A program made the position numbers and the translations under genes. Shown piece by piece: positions 44,601 to 56,404 of a stretch of 64,000 nucleotides of DNA. Numbering within the stretch: position 1 is the first letter of the stretch; the number at the start of each line of letters is the position of its first letter. The notes beneath the pieces were generated by a model. It was not told the DNA's origin. It made no database searches and worked only from the letters and a program-made list of their open reading frames with translations. Origin of the DNA: Macrostomum hystrix (lineage: Eukaryota; Animalia; Platyhelminthes); contig CATNEN010000038.1 of NCBI GenBank assembly GCA_950097015.1, forward strand, positions 19,096,001 to 19,160,000, written 5' to 3'.

Positions 44601-45268
44601 GGAAGTGGAAATGGGATGTGAGGGAAGTGGAAATGGGATGTGAGGGAAGTGCAAATAGGATCGATTGAAATGGAAGTTGGAAGATAAAACTAGATAAAAA
44701 ACGTAAAAGCTTGGGTAAAAAGTAAATTGAAAAATCTCTTTTCTATTATAATCCCTATTCCCACTTCAGGAGCGAGCAGTGCACAGAATCCTTGAGCAAA
44801 TCGCTGAAACTCGCCAAGCTATTCAGCACTGGCCGCCGCTGCCGCTGTCGGACAGTACTCGACAACTTCTTGACGAATGCCGGAAACGAAAAAAGCGACT
44901 GAAGCTGACAAAAAGGTATTGAGGGGCAAATCGAATACGCTATAGAATATAATATGAGTCAGAGATTGAATGGCCAGTCATTGCGACAAGGTTTAGCGTC
45001 TACGGCTCGTACAACAAGCCGCTGATTGGACAGCCAATGAGACAGGGCTTAGCGTCTACAACAAGCCTACAACAACTACAACAGTATTGCGGAGGCATCA
45101 AACGACAAAGAAAAAAGCGACGACGAGGACAGGGCGGTCTGGCGGCAGGTGCTTAGTTGCAAGTACATTCGAGGCCACGATCCACCAGACGGTCAGCTGC
45201 CAGAGGGCCAGACAGCCATCGAGTTTGTTTTTGGCGGCGCAACCGATGGATCTGATCATGAGAGCTGA
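41628..45268 (+). CDS. Uncharacterised coiled-coil protein (~305 aa; exons 41628-41826, 42877-43094, 43917-44087, 44770-44915, 45085-45268)
   Basis: Five GC-rich segments join through GT-AG introns in consistent phase (total 918 nt, no internal stop). Helical, charged composition; C-terminal WRQVLSCKYIRG motif. No family recognised with confidence. Confidence 0.7.
41960..42680. repeat. ~23-bp minisatellite (atcaggaaattgatcatattggt)
   Basis: Direct tandem units. Confidence 0.9.
43142..43570. repeat. 27-bp minisatellite (attcttagaaataacctgctgcaatgg)
   Basis: Direct tandem units. Confidence 0.9.
44088..44655. repeat. 22-bp minisatellite (gtgagggaagtggaaatgggat)
   Basis: Direct tandem units beginning at the splice donor. 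Confidence 0.92.
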
Positions 45269-45286
45269 TTATTGTGCGATGCGATT

Positions 45287-45865
45287 CCAAGATCCCAGAT
45301 CCCCAGATCCCAAGATCCCAGATCCCCAGATCCCAAAATCCCCGATCCCAAGATCCCCAGATCCCCGATCCCCAGATCCCCGATCCCCGATCCCAGATCC
45401 CAAGATCCTAGATCCTAAGATCCCAAGATCCCAGATCCCAAGATCCCAGATCCCAAGATCCCAGATCCCCAGATCCCCGATCCCAAGATCCCAGATCCCA
45501 AGATCCCAGATCCCAAGATCCTAGATCCCAAGATCCCCGATCCCAAGATCCCAGATCCCAAGATCCAGATCCCAAGATCCTAGATCCCAAGATCCCAGAT
45601 CCCAAGATCCCAGATCCCAAGATCCCAGATCCCAAGATCCCAGATCCCAAGATCCCAGATCCCAAGATCCCAGATCCCAAGATCCCAGATCCCAAGATCC
45701 CAGATCCCAAGATCCCAGATCCCAAGATCCCAGATCCCAAGATCCCAGATCCCAAGATCCCAGATCCCAAGATCCCAGATCCCAAGATCCCAGATCCCAA
45801 GATCCCAGATCCCAAGATCCCAGATCCCAAGATCCCAGATCCCAAGATCCCAGATCCCAGATCCC
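45287..45865. repeat. 7/8-bp composite 15-bp repeat (gatcccaagatccca)
   Basis: Direct tandem units just after the stop codon at 45268. Confidence 0.92.
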
Positions 45866-46316
45866 ATTTCTCAAAGCTTCTTGTTGCCTACAAACGAGGA
45901 TTTAAGATATAGAACGGCATATTTTTTAAGTGACGATGAAATGTGATTTCGGTTACATTAGAGCAAAACAAGTAAAATGTAAAGAAAAATTAAGAATAAA
46001 GAATTTCAAACCGAGCTCAAAGTTTTTAAATAAACTGCAGTCCCAGAACCAGAGTGCAGATCCAAGCAACAACTCAGAAGTCTGTGTCGCTTATCTAGAA
46101 GCTTATCTATAAGGCTGCTGTTTTTATGGTCAGGAAAGTCTGCCATAAAAAGGTAGAAAGTTAGACTTACCCGTTTATTTAAAAAATTCCGACAAGAAAA
46201 GTAATTTAGTAACTCGGCATGAAATTGCGATAAAAGTTTTTTTAGAATCCTGAATCTATAGACATTTTTCGACTGATTAACTTCAGGTTTGTCAGCTAAC
46301 TGCAAATTGTAGACGG

Positions 46317-48566
46317 ATGGAATTGAAATTATTGATTTCTATCACTCTAGCACTCGGTGTACTCATTGGCATTGTGCTTAGCGATACCCAGCTCACAGAG
46401 GATGACTCACTCGTGCAGCAGATAAAGGATGAGGATGACAGCGTCGTTGTAGAAACCGACTTCGCTGTCTTTATCGGACTTTCGCTGTGGCGTGACAACA
46501 ACAGCGAGTGGGCAACAGCCATCCGCGCGTTCTTCGGGGTTCCCTACGCCACCCCGCCCATAGGCCAGCTGCGGTTTGCGCCTCCGTCGCCATGGCAACC
46601 GCCATCGCAAATGACGTCACGAAAACCTGTGATTCAAGCTAAGACGCAAAGTCCGTGGTGTCTGCAACGGCTGGCGAATTCTGACAGTCAAGCCGTCAGG
46701 AAAAGGATGTCGGAGGACTGTCTGTACCTGAACATTCATACCCCGGAGTCTCAACAGACCAGCTCCAGCAGCCCGGTCATTGTCTGGCTGCACGGTGGTT
46801 TCTTGGAAACTGGCGGCATCTCCGGGCCTGAGGCGCCGCTTGGCTGGCAGCTGGTTGTCCAGCAGCGGCTGCTGATAGTGGAGGTCGGCTTCAGGCTGGG
46901 CGCTCTGGGCTTCCTGAAGCTGCCAGGTGATAATGGTGGCGGCAACTGGGGCCTACTGGACCAGCGGCTGGCGCTGAGCTGGGTGAGCAGTTGGTGGGTA
47001 CAAGATGAGCTGGGTGAGCAGCCGGTAGGTACAAAATGAGCTGGGTGAGCAGTTGGTGGGTGCGGCATGAGCTGGGTGAGCAGATAAGTCCGTGGATCCC
47101 CGCAGGTGGCCTCGAACATCAGTCCGTTTGGCGGCGACCCAGGTCGAGTGACGCTCGCCGGCGCCGGCTCCGGGGCTGCTTGTGCGGGCCTCCACTTGTT
47201 CAGCAGCGGCAGCAGACAGCTTTTCCGCTCCGCTGCAATTCTCGGCGGGTCGCCCTCGCAGTCATGGCTGTTCGTGTCCAACAAGGCCGCCATTGAGGCT
47301 GTCACCGCCGAATTTATCAACCGCGCTTCCTGCCGCAGCGACAACGATTCAGCGATTGTCCGCTGCCTGCGCGACGCTGACTCCCTCGCCCTCGCCGCTC
47401 TGCAGCCGCCCTCCAGTCGCCCGCTCGACGTCGCCGCCTTCCCCGTTGTTGTGGACGGAGTCTTCCTGACCAACGACCCGAAAGCAAACCCGCTCGACCC
47501 TCGCCTCATCGAGTCGAAGCCCATTGTCATCGGCGTCGCCGACTCTGAAGGCGATCGACTCGCCGATCGCGCCATCGGCCGCAGAAACGCATCCGACTTG
47601 GTCGGCCAACTCCACCAGGAGGTTCTTAACGACGCCTTCAAATTCTACCCCGCCTACCCGCGTCGGCTCTCCGTTCTTGGTCGGCGTCTCCTCGAAGGAC
47701 GCCTCACCGCCTTCCCGAGCTCGGGCGCTGCCCGCCTCAACCAGAAGCTGCTGGCCGAGGGCCTCGCATTGCGGCACACTGTCTGTCCGGCCAATCGTTT
47801 CGCTGACGCGCTTCGAAACGCCTCGGCTACTCTCTTCGTCTACCGTTTTGCCGAGCCGTCTGTTCGTCACCATGGCGACAGCGAAGATGCCGCCTACTTT
47901 CTAGGCGACCCGCTAAGTCACAATGACTACAGTGAAGCGCAGAGGGACTTGTCCAGGCGCATGATGTCCGCTCTAACCGAGTTTGTCACCAACGGCAAAA
48001 TCAGCAGTATCGACTGGCCATCGACAACTCGCACAAATCTGGAGTTTCTACACTTGAAGTCGTCCGGTGAGAAGGCAATGAGCGACGGCTACGGCAGGCA
48101 GGACTGCCAGTTCTGGGACGACCAGCTCGCCTGGGTTGACGAGTTAAGCAGCTCAATGGAGACTAGCACTGAGCTGCCCGGAGGTACAACTAGAGGACTG
48201 ATCGATGCCGAACTGGAGTTCTGGACTCGCTGCAACCACACGGTGAACACAATCAGCATTGCAGCCATCTCCGTGGCCGGATGTCTGCTGTTGTTGCTAG
48301 TCGTCGCGATCTGCTTCGCAGCGTCTCGCCGAAGTGGTGGCGCGGCAGCCAACAGACGGGGTCGCGAAACTGCCGTTGAACTTTCTGAGATTTATACTTA
48401 CGGGAATCGAGTTTTGGACGTCAGCCGGCCGGGCTTCCGGTCGGACGGTCGGGTTGTCGCTCCTGTCCCGCCGCGGAGTCGTGTCAGACTGGTCGAGAAA
48501 CAACCCGCTGAAGCGGCACAGAATGTCGGTGCGTCCAGGCCGGGACTGAGGTCGAAGAAGAAGTGA
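46317..48566 (+). CDS. Type-B carboxylesterase/cholinesterase-like single-pass membrane protein, probably non-catalytic (neuroligin-like); exons 46317-46982 and 47106-48566, ~708 aa
   Basis: Signal peptide; FFGVPYATPPIGQLRFAPP, SEDCLYLNIHTP, VIVWLHGG, FRLGALGFL, GNWGLLDQRLALSW|VASNISPFGGDPGRVTL. The nucleophile elbow reads AGAGSGA (Gly at the catalytic Ser position). Hydrophobic helix ISIAAISVAGCLLLLLVVAICFAA precedes a basic cytoplasmic tail. Intron 46983-47105 is GT-AG, phase 0. Confidence 0.88.
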
Positions 48567-49024
48567 ACATTTTTTTAAGACAACTGCTTTTTTCTGATCT
48601 TTTTGTTTAATGCGCTCTAAATCTTCTATCGGTAAGAACTGTCTATGGTAAAAAGCGTCTATGTTAGAAACTGCCTATGATAGAAAGTGTCTGGGGTAGA
48701 AAGTGTGTATTGTAGAAAGTTTCTATAATAAGAGACTCTGCTAGAATGTGCCTATGTTAGTAACTGTCTATGGTAGAAAGTGCCTCTGCACGTTAGAAAC
48801 TGAAATAAAATTATTACAGAAAGGACTGCTGCATTAGCTTCAGATATAATCAACATTCAAACATTGTTGCGAATCACGAGGCAATAAACATATTTGAATC
48901 TAATTGATAGTTTATTTTGTTCATTCTTAGAATCTGATGATAATTACAATGATACCAAGGCGACAAGCGTCAGTTCTTAGCTCTTAGTATAGTATATTAA
49001 CATGTTTAGTTATTTGAGTACATT

Positions 49025-50007
49025 TTAGCGAAGATGAAGTTTGAGACTATCATCAGCATCTAAGACATCGTCGCCTCTGTAGTCTCCAGTTGTTACGGAC
49101 CCTCCGATCGGCGGTAGACGACGTGGCGGCGGCCTTCGTAGTATTGGCGGCGCTGCTCGACCTACGCCGAAGTCAACGTTTGTCGGCGTCGGCGAGATTG
49201 GTCGCGCTGAGTCCGACAGTGCGCGGGTCTTCTTACTGACGTCTGGCTTTTGCTGCCACTCCACTGGCGATGGTGATTCGTATTGGGAACGCCTAGAGGT
49301 AAATCATGTGACCTGCCGTTAGAGAGGGAATCTGTTACTCTTCCTGATGGGTGACCTAAGAATCTGTCACACTTCCCGATGGGTGACCTAAGAATCTATC
49401 ACACTTCCCGATGGGTGACCTAAGAATCTGTCACTCTTCCTGATGGGTGACCAAAAAATCTGTCACACTTCCCGATGGGTGACCTAAGAATCTGTCACAC
49501 TTCCCGATGGGTGACCTAAGAATCTATCACACTTCCCGATGGGTGACCTAAGAATCTGTTACTCTTCCTGATGGGTGACCTAAGAATCTGTCACTCTTCC
49601 TGATGGGTGACCTATGAATCTGTCACTTACCTGTCGTTTAGTGGGTAACGATTTTGTTGCTGCTGCTGCTGTTGCTGCAGCTGCTGAGTCGCAACTTCTT
49701 CTCTGTCGACGCCCAATAGAATTTCTTCCCAATTGCCGTCGCTAAAAAATCGACCTCGCTTTCTAAAATAAAAGTTTTATAACCGAGTAGAATATGTATT
49801 TTTTGACAGGTGGAAAATTAACTGTTTCCAAGATTTTCGCGTGCCAGGCGCCGTATTGGGTACATATTTTGAAACACACCTGTCAATCACATTCGAAGCC
49901 GATGGACCCTGCTGGGATCTGGGAGTAAGCGCGCCGAGCAGCCGCAGACTCTCCCGAGCCTCATCCGAGAGCAAAGATGGTCGCGATGGACGGTTGTCCA
50001 TAGCCAT
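49025..50007 (-). CDS. Uncharacterised low-complexity protein (~175 aa; exons 50007-49880, 49762-49631, 49292-49025)
   Basis: Minus-strand junctions AG|gtgtgt...ttttag|A and AG|gtaagt...ctctag|G give one frame: MAMDNRPSRP...IDRKRGRFFSDGNWEEILLGVDREEVATQQLQQQ...RSQYESPSPVEWQ...RRLPPI...KLHLR*. Minus-strand AATAAA at 48911-48916. Upstream exons cannot be excluded. Confidence 0.65.
49325..49625. repeat. 32-bp minisatellite (gatgggtgacctaagaatctgtcacacttccc)
   Basis: Direct tandem units filling a minus-strand intron. Confidence 0.9.
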
Positions 50008-51604
50008 TGACTAGATTAACCGCTGGGAAATAGTGTTATAGGCTATAGTTTGGGATTTTTACACTTATCCTTGGATGGGATTTTTCCGTTAATCCTTGAT
50101 TGGGATCTTCCCACTAATCCTTTGCTGGGATCTTTCAGTTAATCCTGAGTTGGGATCCCTTAGACTAATCCTTGATTGGGATTTTTTCTACTAATCCTTG
50201 GTTGGGATGTTTTGACTAATCCTTAGTTTGGGATCCTTCCCACTAATCCTTAGATGAGATCTTCCCATTAATCCCATTAATTTCTGCTAATCCTGGGTTC
50301 AGATACCTTCCACAAATCTTTGTTTTGGGATTTTTCTACTAATCCTTGGTTGGAATCCTTGGTCAGGTAATCCTTTATTACCCTGTTAATCCTAGGTTGC
50401 GATCTAGTCAATAATCCTAGGTTTGGGATTGTCCTACTAATCCTTAGATGGAATCTTGCCACTGTTAATCCTTGATTGGGATCTGTGTGCGATCCACCGG
50501 AAGTAAATCATCCACGGGCTTCTTACCAAAATTGTCCGTATAATATTTTCCACCGCGCTGCAAAACTTCAACCGTTAGTGGCAGCAAAGCCTATATACAC
50601 TCATTAGATAAGTCACAGGCCTCTTATTTAGTTGATTGCAAATGAGATGAGGCAGATGATTTTGGGCAGAATTGTCTAGCTCTGAGGTTACAATGACCTG
50701 GACAATGCAGAATTTGCAGTACCCCATCCCACAGCGCTTAGATCCCTAAAAAAGCAACACACAGGACCAGTTCTAGTATCCAGGGCAGTCAAGAACGCGT
50801 TTGTCCATGCAGATACAGCTAGGAATAAATAATACTATAGCTTCCATCTAGCTGCCGTCAATTAGAATGGCCTTATTAAATTAAGTATAAAATATAATAA
50901 TGTTTTATGCAACTATAATAATTGGTCAAGACACGAGCTGCGTATGAATTTTTAACTGGCTGCAATGCATTCTACTAGACAGTAGTAAATTTTGAATCAT
51001 TTTTAGAAATTCTCGCTTCAATTCGTTGGCTAATGCAAAATATTTTAAGTGTTAAAAACTTGCATTATGAGTTCACATTCAAAATGGACAAATGTAACTA
51101 CATGCATCTAATAATAACACTTTAAAGCCTGTCAGAACGATTTATTTGGCGCGTCGAAACCCGTCGAAATCGTTGGAAATGGGATGAGTGACCCATCGAA
51201 ATCATTGAGAATAGATTCGAACCAAATAATTTCTATACTCAATTTAGTTTCTATTGAGTCATAGGGACAGAAGCCTGTGGTAAATGAGAATCGAGAACAC
51301 AACCAATGGGAACTAGAGTCAGCATAATCCCAAAATAGCTTGTGAGCTAGGAAACAAATTGTTTTCAATAACTGTGTCGCCCTATTTTTTTCAAGTCAGT
51401 TGATTCCCAAATTCAAGCAAAATACATTCAATGTCACGCAGTCGCCAGGAGACTTGTGTCCTTGAACTTCACAATTAGAAGCCCTAACGGTCTCTACTCT
51501 AGAACAGCAGTATTTAACGTGTGTTATGTCGTATCGCCAATTTTTTCTGCCTTTTTTAATATAAAGCTTCAAAACAACAAACCCAAGAATTACCATACTT
51601 TACT

Positions 51605-52170
51605 ATTCGTTTTACCATAGAACTAAAGTCACAAGCGTTGACAAAACCTTCGTTTTACCATAGAACTAAAGTCACAAGCATTGACAAACCTTCGTTTTAC
51701 CATAGAACTAAGTCACACGCATTGACAACCTTCGTTTTACCATAGAACTAAGCCACAAGCATTGACAAAACCTTCGTTTTACCATAGAAATAAAGTCACA
51801 AGCATTGACAAAACCTTCGTTTTACCATAGAACTAAAGTCACAAGCGTTGACAAAACCTTCGTTTTACCATAGAACTAAAGTCACAAGCATTGACAAACC
51901 TTCGTTTTACCATAGAACTAAGTCACACGCATTGACAACCTTCGTTTTACCATAGAACTAAGTCACAAGCATTGACAAAACCTTCGTTTTACCATAGAAA
52001 TAAAGTCACAAGCATTGACAAAACCTTCGTTTTACCATAGAAATAAAGTCACAAGCATTGACAAAACCTTCGTTTTACCATAGAACTATAAGCCACACAC
52101 ATTGACATAACCTTCGTTTTACCATAGAACTATAAGCCACACACATTGACATAACCATTGTTTTACCATA
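51605..52170. repeat. ~43-bp minisatellite (cttcgttttaccatagaactaaagtcacaagcattgacaaaac)
   Basis: Direct tandem units. Confidence 0.9.
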
Positions 52171-52190
52171 TAGAAGCCACCAAAAGATGC

Positions 52191-52203
52191 GTTGCTAGGC
52201 AAC
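52191..52203. promoter_or_regulatory. RFX X-box-like palindrome GTTGCTAGGCAAC
   Basis: Matches the RFX consensus; lies between the divergently transcribed minus-strand orphan gene and the hydrolase gene. Confidence 0.4.
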
Positions 52204-52611
52204 TGAGAACAGAGAGCTTATTTCGTCTTGAGCAACAGACTGTTAAGCGTTTAAGCGCTGGCTGTGCCTATAGTCTAGCCTAGCCTATTTAGCGACAAAA
52301 AAAGAGCTTCTCAAAAATTAAACCGACACGCTATAATGCATCATAGTGTGATCATGTGTCTAAAATTAGAAGCTGATTGTAGTCAACTGACTTAAAAAGT
52401 AACAATGGACACGTGATAGCTATCTGTGATTACTTATCTCATTCTTCTTGCTGCTCTCCAATCTCTGTTTATCTCTCAGCGCGCACGCCAATCTAGTTTA
52501 ATCTGGCAGTCTATTTTTATCGCGACCTAGAATGCAGGCTTGCACTTGTGTCAGCAAGACTCCTCAATATTCCAATATACTACTTACTGGTTAGTAATGC
52601 AGTCTGTTTGA

Positions 52612-53335
52612 CAATGTGAATACCAGAGCAGGACAATGTCCCGCGTGAATACCAGAGTAGGATAATGTCTAGATGAAGTCAATACCAAAGTTGGATAATG
52701 TCCAGAGTGAAGTGAATTTAAGAGTAGGATAATGTCTAGATGAAGTCAATACCAGAGTTGGATAATGTCCAGAGTGAAGTGAATTTAAGAGTAGGATAAT
52801 GTCTAGATGAAGTCAATACCAGAGTTGGATAATGTCCAGAGTGAAGTGAATTTAAGAGTAGGATAATGTCTAGATGAAGTCAATACCAGAGTTGGATAAT
52901 GTCCAGAGTGAAGTGAATTTAAGAGTAGGATAATGTCTAGATGAAGTCAATACCAGAGTTGGATAATGTCCAGAGTGAAGTGAATTTAAGAGTAGGATAA
53001 TGTCTAGATGAAGTCAATACCAGAGTTGGATAATGTCCAGAGTGAAGTGAATTTAAGAGTAGGATAATGTCTAGATGAAGTCAATACCAGAGTTGGATAA
53101 TGTCCAGAGTGAAGTGAATTTAAGAGTAGGATAATATCTAGATGAAGTCAATACCAGAGTTGGATAATGTCCAGAGTGAAGTGAATTTAAGAGTAGGATA
53201 ATATCTAGATGAAGCGAATACCAGAGTAGGATAATGTTTAGATGAAGCGAATACCAGAGTAGGATAATGTTTAGATGAAGCGAATACCAGAGTAGGATAA
53301 TGTTTAGATGAAGCGAATACCAGAGTAGGATAATA
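52612..53335. repeat. Composite minisatellite (two alternating ~33-37-bp subunits sharing gagt.ggataatgtc.ag)
   Basis: Higher-order dimeric tandem structure. Confidence 0.85.
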
Positions 53336-54109
53336 TTCAGGGTAGAACATTAAGATACTAAATGAGACTATTATCAGCTCGTCAGCACCAGATCTAGCAA
53401 GCCTATATTTTGTAAGAGTCAGTGCATAGCATTTGAGTTGAGAGTGAAAAGACTTGTTGCGAACAGGTTGGGGGAGGTCATAAAAAGGTTCTTTAGCAAT
53501 TTGCAGGTCGCAAAACAGACAATGTGAGAAAAGTTTCGTATTTTACTGCGGCGGCCTGTCCACATCACTATTCAATTATTCTCTGCTGCTATTCGCATCT
53601 TTCGCAACGCTTTGTCGCAGTACAGTTTGTTGGAGACAGCATTAAACAACTAAAGAATATCAGGTTTTAACCGCTTTTAGTTATGCTGGCGTCAAATAAA
53701 TAAAACTGCATAATTACACCAGCAAAGTGCATCTCATATGTCATTAGGATAGGATATTTGAATGTCACTAAAATAGCGCTTTTCTAATGAAGCAATAAAT
53801 ACTTATAAAAACAATATAGATAGTTCAGATAGTTATTAAGGATATCAGTGTAGGTAAGTGCTAGTAACTATTGAGTTATCCTTATGCTACACATACTGGC
53901 TTTCGTTAGCTACTAATACCATTACTAAAATAATTATTACTATTAGTAGTAGTAATAAAAGCACCATTTTTAAAGCCATGACAAATAATAGCAACAAAGT
54001 TGTTATTAAGTTGTCCTTATTTCAGTTATTCCAGTATTACCATTCGTAATAATATAAATAGTTAAACGAAAGATGGTTATACTATCAAATAGATTTTATT
54101 AGAAGTAGG

Positions 54110-54370
54110 ACAATAAAAAACAGTAGAAAACAGTAAAAAACAGTAGAAAACAGTAAAAACTGTGAAAACTGTAGAAAACAGTAAAAAACATTAAAGAACA
54201 GTAAAAAACAGTAGAAAACAGTAAAAAAACTGAAAAAAACAGTAAAAAGCAGTAGAAAATTGTACAAAACAGTAAAAAACAGTAAAAACTGTAAAAAACT
54301 GTAGAAAACAGTAAAAAACAGTAAAAAACAGTAAAAAACAGTAAAAAAAAACAGTAAAAAACGGTAAAAT
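54110..54370. repeat. 10-bp A-rich repeat (aaaacagtaa)
   Basis: Direct tandem units. Confidence 0.85.
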
Positions 54371-54771
54371 AATGGAGGAATCGAGGATAGGCGAATGACT
54401 AACGACGATTTTGATGCCAATTCTGTTCTAATATTACAGGTGCCGAGTGTGAAATCAGGGAGCCAATGGGAACAGGGCCACAAAACAAGGCTGGTGCTCT
54501 CCAGCCAGTTGTTAGGGGAGTTGAGGTGGCTGCCAGGGCCCAAGCCGCCCCCACAGGCTAGCCTCCAGTCTCTATGGGGCGGTGCAGCCCCCCCCGCCGT
54601 AAAAGCGTGGCAGAACAAAATTACTTAGTATAAATAAACAAACACGAAATTCGTTCTGAAAGTTTTTCATTGTCAGTTCAGACACTTTTCGTGGGGTTCA
54701 ACTTGAACAATTATTTGTTTAACTTTTAACAAAATCTAAATAATTCAAATTGAACAAATTCGATAACAATC

Positions 54772-56391
54772 ATGACGGCGCTAGCTACGGTTGGTATCAG
54801 TGCGGTCGGATCTCACCTACAACTGGCCGGCTTTAACATCTTTGAGAGGCGCTGGTTGCCTCAGCAGCAGACAAAGTGGGTCTCACAAACTTATGAGTGC
54901 ACTTTATTAGATAATTAAAAAGACTCATTCAACTACTGCAGGTGCCATGAGCTGGTGTACCTGTGCCACGGATTTGCTGAGCACTGCGGCTATTTTCACC
55001 AGCTAGCAGAGCCGCTGGCAGCCGCTGGTCTGTTGGCTGTTGGACACGACTTCTGTGAGCTGCGTGTTTGACACCTCTATAGATTAGTGATTGACACCTG
55101 CTCGATTTGGGATTGATGCCTGTTAGACTATGGATTGACACCTGCTACATGTAGGATTGATACCTGTTAGATTTGGGATTGAGATCTGTTAGATCAGGGA
55201 TTGATTCCTGTTCGATTAGTGATTGAAACCTATTTCATTTGGGACTCATTCATGTAAGATTAGTGATTGACACCTGTTAAGATTTGGGATTGACAAATGG
55301 AAGATTAGTGATTGACACCTCTTAGATAAGGGACTTCCACAATAACCAATAAATGACTCATTATCCCGATTCCCAAACTAGACGGTCACGGCCAGAGCGA
55401 GGGCAATGTGAATCAGCTGCGCGGCATTGACACCTTCGTTGACGTTACCGTGGCCCACCTGGCCAAGCTGAAAACTGAATTCCCCGAGGCCAAAGTATAC
55501 GGCATCGGATACTCTATGGTAAGCAGATTTTCTGTCATTAGCTTGACGCTGATGTACTGCTGTATCACAGAGTTAACTAACCCACAGGGTGCCCTCGTGC
55601 TGCACCGCCTGTGCAGCCGCAGTCCCCAGCTGCTGTCAGCCATGATCTGGCTGTCGCCGGCTCTGCAGCCAGTCGGGCTGAAGCTCACTAAGCGACGCGT
55701 ACAGATGGGCAAATGGCTGTTTCAACGCCTGCCAAATCTGCCACTGCCCGGTGGCAGATTCCAGCCGGAGGATCTGACCAGGAACAAGGAGACGGTATGG
55801 GCGCCTGACCAATGAGAAGCTTGGACTCCTCACGAGTGTACACTGACCAGCTGCACACCTCAATCCCTCTAGGCCCTGCCAGGGTTCACTGATTAGCCGC
55901 TTAACCCCGCCTCACTACACTGGTCCCTGCCAATGAACATAGACTATAGCGTCTAACCCCACCTTACTCCACTGAACCTGGCTAGTGTACACTGACTAGG
56001 CGCCCAACCAATCAGGGTTCTGAATATGCTTACAACCCTCTAAAAACCCTTCTAAACACAGCAAGATCAGTTGATTTCGGACTCGAACATCAAGCAGCGC
56101 AGTCTCTACAGCCGCGTCTGCGCCTGGATGCTGGAAGCCATGCTGGCTACAGGACCGGAATCAGTGGCCATTCCAGTCCTGATTGTCACAGGCAGCGCCG
56201 ACCGGATTGCTGATTCTGGCAGGACAGCCGCTTTTGTAGCCGCCGGCCAGTCGTTGGGCAAGCCAATTAGCAGCCGGGTGTATCCAGGAGGCCTGCACCA
56301 GCTGCACACGGACCTGCCGACTGTAGGGATCAGGCTGCACCTGGACCTGCTGCAATGGCTAGCTGGTCTCGGCGATGTCAATAAGGAGTGA
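54772..56391 (+). CDS. Monoacylglycerol lipase / lysophospholipase-like alpha/beta hydrolase (Hydrolase_4 family), ~296 aa; exons 54772-54875, 54942-55054, 55382-55518, 55588-55794, 56062-56391
   Basis: [24 protein letters not shown], nucleophile GYSM|G, acid GSADRIA, and His in YPGGLHQLH give an intact triad. Four GT-AG introns in consistent phase, total 891 nt. Confidence 0.9.
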
Positions 56392-56404
56392 CGAAATTTA
56401 ACAT

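Noticed and set aside
46751-47873. Long antisense and alternative-frame ORFs over the esterase-like, akirin and iGluR exons
   Set aside because: Shadows of GC-rich coding sequence with no recognisable motifs.
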